Shown piece by piece: positions 55,420 to 64,000 of a stretch of 64,000 bases of DNA. The notes under the pieces are model-generated. The model saw only the letters and a program-made list of their open reading frames with translations, made no database searches and was not told the origin of the DNA. A program made the position numbers and the translations under genes. Numbering within the stretch: the first letter of the stretch is position 1; each line of letters starts with the position of its first letter. The DNA is taken from positions 1 through 64,000 of the IMG/VR virus record IMGVR_UViG_3300032053_000038; one strand, 5' to 3'. The DNA comes from a virus.

Positions 55420-58326
55420 CTACTTCCAGAACATTGCGATGTTGTCCAACACTGAGGTCAAACTTGGAAGCACGACCTTGTATCGCATCTGCGTCCCGCT
55501 CGCCTGTCCCGAGATATCGGTCAACTCGGAGTTGGGAACCTCGTAAAACGTCGCCCCGTTATCCCGGCTCGCAAACAGTTGAAGGTCTGGTGTCCCCTCC
55601 GCTACAATGAACGCCTGCGCTGGCTCGACGGATGTAGTGTGAGCCTTGGATACGACATTGGCTGGTATGGCCGCGCTTTCCAGCGATATGGTCCCGACGT
55701 TATACATCCAGAGGATTTCGGCAGGCGTTAGGACTCGGTCAAAGACCGCCACCTCGTCGAGTGTGCCCTTGGCCTGATTGGAACCGGGGTCCCATCCCAT
55801 GATGGTGCTGAGCCCTGTCGATGGGACATAGGGTGTGGTCTCCTCGAACGTCCCGATGGACAGCCCATTCACGAAAAATTCGACATAAGAGGGCACTCCG
55901 TCGGAGTAGTGCTGAACGGCAGAGACATAGTAGAAGACCCCAGCTAGGAACAAATACGGCACATACTGGTCCGCAATCGGGTTTTTCAACAGAGATATCC
56001 CGTAAGCATTTATCTTGAAGCCGAGACCCACAGCCCCATCCTCCAACGAGGTGGTGAATATCGGGATGTCGTTGAGCGTGGCACCTCCCTTCGACGTATA
56101 ACTGGTAGGTTTGACCCAGGCGCACACGCTGAACTCCTGTGTCTCGACGGATTTTAGCGTGGATCCGAGGTTGACCCAGTTGTCCTCTCCCCCAGGAAAC
56201 TCCAATGCGGTGCCCGCCAACCCGGGGACATACGGAATCGGGCTCGCCATTGAGCCGTCAAGACCGTTCCCCGAGCTATCCACAGCTGCCAGCCCCGAGC
56301 CCTCGTCGAACTTCCAGTAACCAGCCAGCCCGGACGGCTTCCCCTGGCTCACTACTAGTTTTTTCTCCCTAGAATACTGATACCCAGTAGATAGGGCGTC
56401 GTCCATATCACCCGCGTTGCTGAAAACGTCGATGAATCCTTTCTCCAACTCGTTGTTGCCGATATTCAGGAGCGTATCGACCTTGAAGTTGGTCTTGGCG
56501 AGATTGGTATTCATCTCACGGTCGAACTCTCCTCCACCAGTCGGAGCATTGACCCACTGAACCGTCCCTTCCGCATCTACAGCGGAAAGGACCTGACCCA
56601 TTGTTGGTGCTGTGACGGTAGGAATCCTAACAGCGCCACTGATGACCACTTTTCCGTCGTGGACTCCTCCACTACTGGAACCACCTTGGATTACGACATC
56701 ACCACCTATAAAGCTGACCGTAGTCTTGACATTGTGAACGAGGATGCCTGTGGCGAAGTAGGAATGTGTGTTCTTAACCTCGAAGTTGTAGGTGGGAATC
56801 TCCTCTACCACCTTCGTGGAAGAGGCTAGGGTCTCCGTCTCACCCTTGTCATTCAGTAGCTCGTCCCCAACCTTGAGGACAGCGGCTTCCTTCCACACTC
56901 CCTTGGAGTGGAAGAGGTGGTTCGGGGTTACCTTTATCTCCCGGCCCCCACTTGTCTTGAGGAGAAGGTACTCGGGCGCTAACTCCTCGGAAGTGGTGTG
57001 GTGCTTGAGGGCCGTGACCTCCGAGGCCCGCAAGGTCTTGGTGCGATTATCATACGACTTCACCACATCGCCGACCTTGATGTCCTCAATTCCCTTGAAG
57101 GTTCCATCCGCCATGGAGATTGGAGTACCGGCAGCGAAGCAGTAGTTGTGAACTAGAACACCAGCGAAATAGGCCTCCGTTCCCTTTACCTCGAAGCTGA
57201 AGGTGGAGATAGGAGACTTGATGAGCACGGACGCCGATACTGACTCCGAGGTTCCTGCCGGAGTGAGCAAAGCATCTCCCACGGATAGGGAGTGTGCTTC
57301 CTTCCACGCACCGTTGACATAAAACAGATGTTCCGGAGTCACCTTCAGTTCGTTACCGGCGCTTGTCCTTAGTGAGATGTACTCCAGGGCGTTGTACTGG
57401 AATGTTCGTGTCACTTCAGAGTTGGTGTAGAGTCCGGTCACCACATCGAAGGACTTGATGAAATCCCCAGCCTTAACCTCCTCGATGGGCTTAGTTGAAC
57501 CATCGGCCATGGAGACTGGGGTTCCGGCGGCGAAACAGTGAAGTGTGTAGTCGGCATCACCACCCACAAGTCGCAGCGTTCCTCCAGTGTATACCGCACT
57601 GATACTTTGCGGCTGTGCCCCCTTGATGTGTCCACCAGATATCGTGTTCTGCCCACCAGTTGCGGTCACTGTCCCCGCATCAAGACCAAGCGGACGAATC
57701 TGGATGGCACCGCCGGGATTCAGCGAGTCGATGAAGGTTGTTCCAGGAGATAGAAGGTCGTTGTAGACATTGGAGATTCCATCTCCACCCACTCCGACTT
57801 CCACCAAGTAATCCCTCACGGAGTTGTCAATCATCTCCGCCGTGACCTGTGTTGCGCCTGACGGGACAGTCACCTCGGCAACGAGGATCGCACCGGAGTC
57901 CGTCACTGGAGCCTGTGCTTCCACCGTCAAGTCTCCCCTGTCAAAGTCCTTCCTCTCAAAACCGTCGGACCCGACTATGTGCTTCGGGCGAAGGACAATG
58001 TACTGCTTCCCAACCGCGACGGTCAGGTCAGCGAGTCTGTTCGGCTCGAACTGCTCCTTGTTCTTATCACTGAGGACAGTGCCATCAATCATGGCAACGT
58101 AGTCCCTGACGCGAATCTGTAGTCCGGTACCCGGAATCGTTTCACCGTTAAGATCCTTGATGTTGCGAACGACACCACCTACGACCATTGTCCCCTTGAT
58201 GGGGAAAAAACCGTCACCCAACTGATTAAGTGCGAGTTGAAGCGAATCTGCTAGCTTAAAGTGGTCCGGAACGGTAACCACCTTAGCGGAACATGAAGTA
58301 ATAGGAATTTGAATTTTTTCTGCCAT
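55420..58326 (-). CDS. Fibre/adhesin with two tandem Hint domains and a LamG-like domain
   Basis: CFAAGT..VTPEH..LVHN-Y-CFAAGT..VTPNH..LVHN; GYWKFDEGSG..FSVCAWVKP..GTLDEVAVFDRVLT. Confidence 0.88.
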   Translation of the reverse strand: MAEKIQIPITSCSAKVVTVPDHFKLADSLQLALNQLGDGFFPIKGTMVVGGVVRNIKDLNGETIPGTGLQIRVRDYVAMIDGTVLSDKNKEQFEPNRLADLTVAVGKQYIVLRPKHIVGSDGFERKDFDRGDLTVEAQAPVTDSGAILVAEVTVPSGATQVTAEMIDNSVRDYLVEVGVGGDGISNVYNDLLSPGTTFIDSLNPGGAIQIRPLGLDAGTVTATGGQNTISGGHIKGAQPQSISAVYTGGTLRLVGGDADYTLHCFAAGTPVSMADGSTKPIEEVKAGDFIKSFDVVTGLYTNSEVTRTFQYNALEYISLRTSAGNELKVTPEHLFYVNGAWKEAHSLSVGDALLTPAGTSESVSASVLIKSPISTFSFEVKGTEAYFAGVLVHNYCFAAGTPISMADGTFKGIEDIKVGDVVKSYDNRTKTLRASEVTALKHHTTSEELAPEYLLLKTSGGREIKVTPNHLFHSKGVWKEAAVLKVGDELLNDKGETETLASSTKVVEEIPTYNFEVKNTHSYFATGILVHNVKTTVSFIGGDVVIQGGSSSGGVHDGKVVISGAVRIPTVTAPTMGQVLSAVDAEGTVQWVNAPTGGGEFDREMNTNLAKTNFKVDTLLNIGNNELEKGFIDVFSNAGDMDDALSTGYQYSREKKLVVSQGKPSGLAGYWKFDEGSGLAAVDSSGNGLDGSMASPIPYVPGLAGTALEFPGGEDNWVNLGSTLKSVETQEFSVCAWVKPTSYTSKGGATLNDIPIFTTSLEDGAVGLGFKINAYGISLLKNPIADQYVPYLFLAGVFYYVSAVQHYSDGVPSYVEFFVNGLSIGTFEETTPYVPSTGLSTIMGWDPGSNQAKGTLDEVAVFDRVLTPAEILWMYNVGTISLESAAIPANVVSKAHTTSVEPAQAFIVAEGTPDLQLFASRDNGATFYEVPNSELTDISGQASGTQMRYKVVLPSLTSVLDNIAMFWK
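56731..57537 (-). other. Tandem Hint (BIL/pretoxin-type) domains, 131 aa + Y + 137 aa
   Basis: Both have C1, TxxH and terminal HN; +1 residues are Y and V; no endonuclease. Confidence 0.9.
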
Positions 58327-58336
58327 TATTTTTACC

Positions 58337-58939
58337 TTAGGATAGATTTACGGTAGCCGTATCAGAATGATCTAGCGACGTATTCCCGTTCTGAAGCCCT
58401 AGAAGAACGCTTCCTGCACCAGAAGCAGAAATGGTAGCTGACGCCATACCATGCGACACTGTTAGAAGGACTGGACCAACAACTCCGTTAATCTTCGGAG
58501 AAGCAGCTGTACCACCAGTAATTGCTAGCTCTATGGTAGCAGTATTATTAAATGGATCGAGCACACCAACGCCGTTTGTTACACCGACATTAACTAATGT
58601 ACCTGCATGAGGTCCAGAATAAGTATTATCTGAGCTAGGACCATTTACAGAGAAAAACTGAATAATCATATCACCTGATTGTACCCAAGTTTCAAGAGCT
58701 TCTTGAGAACTGGCTGCACTTAATTCTACGGAAGAATTAACTGTTAATAGGCCGGAATCTCTAAGATGCTTTAAATGAAAAGACTTTGCAAGAACTTCTT
58801 CGGGAGCGTAATCGAGAAGTTCTACGGCAACACCAGGCGTTAGCTGAATGGGTTTTCCTGCAAAATCCACGATGTCGCGTAGATAAACAGGATGAGCCAC
58901 TGATGCGGATAATGTTACATTGTGTGGAACTAAAGACAT
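58337..58939 (-). CDS. Capsid-associated protein: anchor + Ig-like domain
   Basis: VYLRDI..G..I.L.PG..LAKSFHL; beta-rich C-terminus. Confidence 0.7.
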   Translation of the reverse strand: MSLVPHNVTLSASVAHPVYLRDIVDFAGKPIQLTPGVAVELLDYAPEEVLAKSFHLKHLRDSGLLTVNSSVELSAASSQEALETWVQSGDMIIQFFSVNGPSSDNTYSGPHAGTLVNVGVTNGVGVLDPFNNTATIELAITGGTAASPKINGVVGPVLLTVSHGMASATISASGAGSVLLGLQNGNTSLDHSDTATVNLS

Positions 58940-58993
58940 TATGTTTTTCTCCTTTTATGTTTACAAATATATTTCTTTTCCCGTATAAATAAA

Positions 58994-60964
58994 TTATGCA
59001 AACTTAACACGGGTTACTGTAACAGGAAAACCCCCGTCAAAAATTACAAGATTATTTCCAGATATGCTATAGAAGGGAGCTACCCCACCAGTGAGCGCAA
59101 CTCTCCACACGAAATCCGTAACACTTGCGTAATACAGTTGACTCGTGGCACCACTCATCGAGAATTGAAACACCCTACCATTACCCGCAGCTAACATAGC
59201 CATACCAGAAGCACACTGTATCTGTATCGAAGAAGACGAAAGGTCGAAGGGAACAACATAGATAGATGGGCTTGAACTCGCTTTCAAGAAATATTGAGAA
59301 GAGACTTCATCAAACCGGATTGGAGAGGATACATCTGCATCTATTCCACCCGCGAAAGTATAGATAAGTGCACCTGCTTCATCCACAACGGTAAAGGCGT
59401 ATGGAGATGAGCCATCTGTACGTAATACCGCAACCGTCGACTTTCCCGCAACTTCTGATCCAAACGCTAGATAGGGTGCGCTTGTTACAGTCCCTAACTT
59501 CACATAAGAACCCGCCACAAAGTCTGTAGGCGAGTTTGGATCAATTGCCCCATAGAATGAGTCTGTGCCACCATTTAATGTTCCCGATATCCAGATGAGA
59601 CCTCGAGTATCAATGTGACGCACTATCCTCTGAAAATCTATATTATCCAACGTATCTGTTCCGAATGATGTAAATGTGGCTACGTCAAATAACGCGGCCG
59701 TACTCATCACCCCAGTTGTCATGTTGATGTCGTGGAACGCTGTACCCACAACTCCAAATAAAGCGGGTACTCCTGCCAACCTACCTGTAGCAAGACCACC
59801 AGATATCACAGTAATGGAAGAATGCGTAATCGGAGTTATCTCATCCAAAGTTTCTGCATTTCGGATGGATGCTATTGAACCATCTGCATTGGGTACAGAA
59901 TATACGACAACTACTGCATCTACAGCAAGGCCAAACTCTAAGTCTGGTAAAGCAATTCCAAGTAGACTAATCATCGCGGGCGTATTAGACAGAGATGATA
60001 CTCCCATCATTTTATAAATCACATCAGGAACTGTGGACGCTTGCCACGAAGCTACTCCACCTGCATCACTACTAGTAAGAACTTTGCCAGGACCCGCTGT
60101 ACCATCAGAAATTGCGATAGTCCCGTTGAGTAAGATTTTACCATTTATTCCACCGCCAGCGCCAGTTCCAGGACTTAGACTAATTTGACCTCCGCTTCCA
60201 CTGGTGCTTGCACTACCTGCAGTCAAATTGATCGGTCCACCACCGCCCATAGCGCCGACTTCATCACCGGCTGTTATTTCAATAGGCCCCCCACCAGAAG
60301 TGTCACTTGTGTCTCCTGCGTTAAGGTAAATATAGCCACCGGGACCTGTGCTTGCTGCTACGCCCGCATCAACTATAAAAGAACCCCCACGACCGGCCGT
60401 AGAAAAAGGAGTAATTTTAACACCCACATTAAGTCCAGTGATTGCATCCAGGATGCTTGAATCAACAATTCCTGTTCCGGTATTATCGAACTTGACGGCT
60501 TTGTTCGGAGTGCCGCTATAAGAAACTCCGAGAGGAAGACCTACTGTACCATTTCCATCTAAGGTTGTATCTGTAGTTACAAAGGCTAACCCGCCACTTC
60601 CGGGTGTTTGCCAATCAGCTGCAGCTGATCCTGAGGCAGTTAAAACCTGTCCATGAATTGGGGGAACTGAGCCACTTGTACTTATAGGCCCTGAAGTAGA
60701 TTGTAAAGCACCCTCTGAAGCTATCTCTAAAGCATCTACAGAAAGAGCATCGAGATCGAAAGTGTCTACCACATATATATGACCTAGAGCTACCAGTCGA
60801 GCTAAGTGATTAGACTTGGCAATATCCTCTCCAGAAGCATTCGCAGATAGATCAAAGGAGGTCCCTGGATGTAAAATTATTAGTGATCCATCATAATTAA
60901 GTAAGTCATTAATGATGACGTTACCTGTGACAAGATTTGTGACTGTTTTTGGAAGAAGCCTCAT
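58994..60964 (-). CDS. Head fibre/adhesin: anchor + GGxIxIxAG repeats + propeller-like tip
   Basis: IINDL..G..I.L.PG..IAKSNHL; TLDGNGT, GKVLTS..G..SW. Confidence 0.72.
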   Translation of the reverse strand: MRLLPKTVTNLVTGNVIINDLLNYDGSLIILHPGTSFDLSANASGEDIAKSNHLARLVALGHIYVVDTFDLDALSVDALEIASEGALQSTSGPISTSGSVPPIHGQVLTASGSAAADWQTPGSGGLAFVTTDTTLDGNGTVGLPLGVSYSGTPNKAVKFDNTGTGIVDSSILDAITGLNVGVKITPFSTAGRGGSFIVDAGVAASTGPGGYIYLNAGDTSDTSGGGPIEITAGDEVGAMGGGGPINLTAGSASTSGSGGQISLSPGTGAGGGINGKILLNGTIAISDGTAGPGKVLTSSDAGGVASWQASTVPDVIYKMMGVSSLSNTPAMISLLGIALPDLEFGLAVDAVVVVYSVPNADGSIASIRNAETLDEITPITHSSITVISGGLATGRLAGVPALFGVVGTAFHDINMTTGVMSTAALFDVATFTSFGTDTLDNIDFQRIVRHIDTRGLIWISGTLNGGTDSFYGAIDPNSPTDFVAGSYVKLGTVTSAPYLAFGSEVAGKSTVAVLRTDGSSPYAFTVVDEAGALIYTFAGGIDADVSSPIRFDEVSSQYFLKASSSPSIYVVPFDLSSSSIQIQCASGMAMLAAGNGRVFQFSMSGATSQLYYASVTDFVWRVALTGGVAPFYSISGNNLVIFDGGFPVTVTRVKFA

Positions 60965-61192
60965 TTATTTATCCTTAGATTAAAAATTGTCTTTTATAGA
61001 TTGTAAGATACAGAACGAAGCTAAACGTTAAATGCTAAAAAGGAAATAGGAAGACGCGTAATAGGATCCCCTATTGAATGTTACTTAGGAGAGACCGCGT
61101 AATGTCTGGCGAGAGGCAAACGCGATTTCTCTTTCTTTTGATACTTTGCGCTTCTGCCCGTAAACTGATGGGAGGACTAATTAAAATGTCTA

Positions 61193-61226
61193 TAGGAGGG
61201 GCTACAAGTTAATGTAGCCCCTCCTA
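61193..61226 (-). terminator. 14-bp hairpin after the major capsid gene
   Basis: TAGGAGGGGCTACA-AGTTAA-TGTAGCCCCTCCTA. Confidence 0.75.
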
Positions 61227-61253
61227 ATAGATACCCGCTAATTCATTAAAAAA

Positions 61254-62222
61254 TTAGAGGTCAATGCGTACGATTCCCTTGGCGTATCGGATAACGAACC
61301 CGATATCTTCCCAAATAGCAAATACATCAGCAAATTTATTGGAATCCTTTAGGGTCTCTACGGAAACGTCTGTACGAACAGCTAGTACACCAAGGTAATC
61401 AGCCGGAGCTAGTACGTATACCATGTTGTCGGGGACGATAATGTCCTCTAGTACCTCTACGCCCCAAATGCTTCCAACGCGGCCAGCCTTAAGAGCCTGA
61501 TCCTGGAAGTTAGGTGCGAAGATACCTGCACCGCCGTTCATGCCAACGACGCTATTAAACAGCATTAGGTCGCGACCACGAACTGGGTTCATGAAGACCT
61601 TATTTGCGACAAGTAGCTTAGAACGAAGAGCTACGATACCCTCTACGAGAGACTCCATTGAAACCTTTGTAAGACCTACGGATGTGGTTACAACGGTAGG
61701 GTTAGCACTTGTTGCATCCGAGCCAGCGAGAGAAACAACTTCAGGCTGGTTAGTTAGATTAGACGCATACTCGAGGAGTGCGTATCCACGGCCATCTTCC
61801 TGGAACTGAATGGAAGCCTTACCGCGCTCTTGCGCACGATTGAGAATGTCAAACTTACGGAAGTTTGACTCGTTCCAACGTACCATAGGACGAACGGTAA
61901 TTGGAGACGTCTCACAACGAATACGATCGGATCTAACTTCTAGCTGCTCTGGAAGACCCTCGATAGAGATTCGAGCTGCGGGAACGTCAAGGTCCGCATC
62001 GAAGACTGCCTCTTCACCTAGGGCTAACTTATAAGTCTGATAGATCTGACGAATTCGACCTTCGAATAATAGATCGCGCTTTAGCGGCGATAACATCTGC
62101 TGTGCGATCTTCTGAAGCCCACCAGGAGAATTCATCAGCCTGGAAAGCCTTTCCTCTACCTGTGAACTGGTGAGGTTAATACCATAGACCTGCTCATCCG
62201 CAGGAGTGTTTTTCTGTTCCAT
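61254..62222 (-). CDS. Major capsid protein (HK97 fold)
   Basis: IAQQMLSPLKRDL, FDILNRAQ..I..QED, GSIWGVEV..IVP..VYVLA, WEDIGF; strong codon bias; follows scaffold and decoration genes. Confidence 0.88.
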   Translation of the reverse strand: MEQKNTPADEQVYGINLTSSQVEERLSRLMNSPGGLQKIAQQMLSPLKRDLLFEGRIRQIYQTYKLALGEEAVFDADLDVPAARISIEGLPEQLEVRSDRIRCETSPITVRPMVRWNESNFRKFDILNRAQERGKASIQFQEDGRGYALLEYASNLTNQPEVVSLAGSDATSANPTVVTTSVGLTKVSMESLVEGIVALRSKLLVANKVFMNPVRGRDLMLFNSVVGMNGGAGIFAPNFQDQALKAGRVGSIWGVEVLEDIIVPDNMVYVLAPADYLGVLAVRTDVSVETLKDSNKFADVFAIWEDIGFVIRYAKGIVRIDL

Positions 62223-62236
62223 TTTCTTTATCTCCG

Positions 62237-62716
62237 TTAGATGGTTAGCTTGAGCTGGAGTCGCATGGTTGTAGCGTTACCGGCATTGACTACCTTCATG
62301 CAGTATCCAACAAGCATATTTCCAGCGGCGTCCGCTGTGCTAAGACCAGAACCATTAGCATAAACTGGCTTGTTAAGAGCATATGGTGCTACAGGGGCTA
62401 ATACAAACGGATTCCCTGTACCATCATTATATAGCTCAAATACGCCGCCGTTAAGGAAACAACCAATGAGACCACCACGGTTGAAATTCGTGTAGTCATA
62501 TCCTACACCAACCGTAAGGCCGCCAGCACCCTGTAGGGGCTGTGTAACATTTGAGTCAGAAGCGAGCCCGAGGGGCACCGTTCCACCAGCAGCTAAAAAC
62601 GGCTTAACTGTGTCAGCAGTATCTAGCTGGATAGCTACACCAGCGATAATGCTCGCACCTACTGATGGTAGTCGGCCACCGTCTCGGCTAACTTCCTTTA
62701 GGATTCTAATAGCCAT
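62237..62716 (-). CDS. Capsid decoration / cement protein
   Basis: Between scaffold and MCP; PLGLA, GGVFE, YALN..VY..G.., VGYC. Confidence 0.7.
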   Translation of the reverse strand: MAIRILKEVSRDGGRLPSVGASIIAGVAIQLDTADTVKPFLAAGGTVPLGLASDSNVTQPLQGAGGLTVGVGYDYTNFNRGGLIGCFLNGGVFELYNDGTGNPFVLAPVAPYALNKPVYANGSGLSTADAAGNMLVGYCMKVVNAGNATTMRLQLKLTI

Positions 62717-62827
62717 TCTATTCTCCGATTTGGATTAATTTGAAAAACTTTCGTCATCTATCTTTTCTTTTTCTTTTCTGGTACGATTGACCTCGCACCT
62801 ATCCACTCTGCGCTGCTTTGCTAATAC

Positions 62828-64000
62828 TTACTGATTACGACTCTTTTGTGAACCCATCTGGTTGAAAACACCATTGAGCCAGGTATCTTCTACCATATTC
62901 TCGTTATAATGAAGGTTGAATGCCTTCTTCAGCATTCCCGGCTTTGCACTCGACCGCATCTTCATCCTGGTTACTGTCTGTGCGAAGGCTTTTAGTGTAG
63001 GTTCCTCCATTGCTAGGAGGTCTTTGCATTGCTTATCAATTGCGTTCTTAAGTGCGGCCGCTCGTGCATCGAAAAGCGGCTTTCCAGAAGCAACTTCGGC
63101 CTGAATGTCAGCCTCATCTGGAGAGATGAGATCTTTATCAAGCATCTCACTTACTATCATTTGACAGCGGCCTACCTTCTCACGAAGGGACTGCTCTATC
63201 TTCATCTGGCGTAGCTGAGCCTCTAGCTCACGCTCACGCTCTGAAACTTGTGGAGCTTCTACAACAGGTTCCTCTACCTTAGGAGTTTCCTCAGCCTTCT
63301 TCTCTATAATAGGCTGTTCCGGTACTACGGGAATTTCAGGCTTTACTTCTTCGGTCTTAGGAGTTTCGACTACAGGAGTTTCAACCTTAGGAAGTTCCTC
63401 AGCAGTCTTTTCCATTTTCTCTTCCTTTGGTTTCTCTTCCTTCTTAGCAAAGGGATTTTCTCCCTTTTCTTTAGGCTCGGGCTTCTCTTCCTTGGGCTCG
63501 GGCTTCTCTTCCTTGGGCTCGGGCTTCTCTTCTTTCTTCTCTTCCTTCTCCGCAGCCTTCTCCTCTTTAGCCTTTGCCTTATCAGCAGCAGCCTGTTCCT
63601 TCTCAGCTTCCTTTGCAGCCTTTTCCTCGGCCTTTGCAAGGGCTAACTCTAACTTCTCAACAGCCTTATGTGCAGCGGCTAGTGCCTTTGTAATGTCCTT
63701 TGATTCGCCGATGGCGCCAAGGAGCTCTTCCATATGCTCCATCTTTCCATGATCATCACCAGTGAGATACTCACACTTTCCAGCACCAGGAAGATCACCA
63801 ACGGGAGCTTCAACCGGAGGCATCTCTGCCATAGGCTTTACTTCAGGAGCTAGCTCAACGGGCTTCTCCATTAGAGGAGCCTCGGGCATATCAGGAGCAG
63901 CAGTCTTCTCCATGTACTCTGACTTTGCCTTAGGACCACCACCGCCAGCTGCGCTATATTGACTCTTTCCAATAGCCTTCGAGGAAGGAGCCTTATCCCC
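62828..64000 (-). CDS. Capsid scaffold / head-core protein, 5' end beyond window
   Basis: Glu/Lys/Pro-rich, KEEKPEP repeats; frame stays open from 63913 to the window edge (GDKAPSSK...SEYMEK). Confidence 0.78.
   Translation of the reverse strand, partial: GDKAPSSKAIGKSQYSAAGGGGPKAKSEYMEKTAAPDMPEAPLMEKPVELAPEVKPMAEMPPVEAPVGDLPGAGKCEYLTGDDHGKMEHMEELLGAIGESKDITKALAAAHKAVEKLELALAKAEEKAAKEAEKEQAAADKAKAKEEKAAEKEEKKEEKPEPKEEKPEPKEEKPEPKEKGENPFAKKEEKPKEEKMEKTAEELPKVETPVVETPKTEEVKPEIPVVPEQPIIEKKAEETPKVEEPVVEAPQVSERERELEAQLRQMKIEQSLREKVGRCQMIVSEMLDKDLISPDEADIQAEVASGKPLFDARAAALKNAIDKQCKDLLAMEEPTLKAFAQTVTRMKMRSSAKPGMLKKAFNLHYNENMVEDTWLNGVFNQMGSQKSRNQ

Noticed and set aside
56731-57537. Conventional mobile inteins
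   Set aside because: No endonuclease, no C/S/T at +1, and not inserted in a conserved enzyme motif
54989-58102. Numerous short overlapping ORFs in the GC-rich island
   Set aside because: Expected from high GC; they overlap better-supported minus-strand genes
44500-58326. Diversity-generating retroelement or invertase shufflon acting on fibres
   Set aside because: No reverse transcriptase or recombinase in the window, and no repeat pair differing only at adenines or flanking inverted repeats was seen
60965-61190. tmRNA or c-di-GMP riboswitch
   Set aside because: No tRNA-like ends or plausible tag peptide; the GGCAAA and CGCAAA motifs are on opposite strands
1-64000. Prophage or bacterial chromosomal context
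   Set aside because: No integrase, repressor or host housekeeping block; recA, csp and queC are embedded in phage operons

Overview
64 kb segment of a large lytic-type myovirus (contractile-tailed dsDNA phage) in the standard genetic code, almost all on the minus strand. Left (1-12.7 kb): replication/recombination/expression module with RecA, SSB-like protein, QueC, a DUF366-like ligase, stand-alone primase Zn finger, cold-shock protein, tRNA-CAT, sigma factor, DnaB, DnaC-like loader and an intein-containing SF2 helicase. A divergent switch region with an origin-like repeat cluster follows (12.7-13.9 kb). The rest is a long late operon read right to left: scaffold, decoration protein, major capsid protein, a ~17 kb array of modular fibre/decoration genes with a glycosyltransferase and FkbM methyltransferase, neck, sheath, two tubes, frameshifted chaperone, tape measure, baseplate, tail fibres and lysis genes. 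Main leads: (1) a GC-rich fibre cassette with two tandem Hint domains separated by one Tyr, plus LamG, a YkgJ partner and an orphan duplicate C-terminus; (2) a fibre with 21 D-x-N-V-T sequons next to the GT/MTase pair; (3) a QueC + DUF366 pair; (4) a recurring GTNA-N16/17-TGTAATAT promoter driving leaderless genes and firing into the origin-like repeats. All family assignments come from motif recognition by eye; no searches were run.
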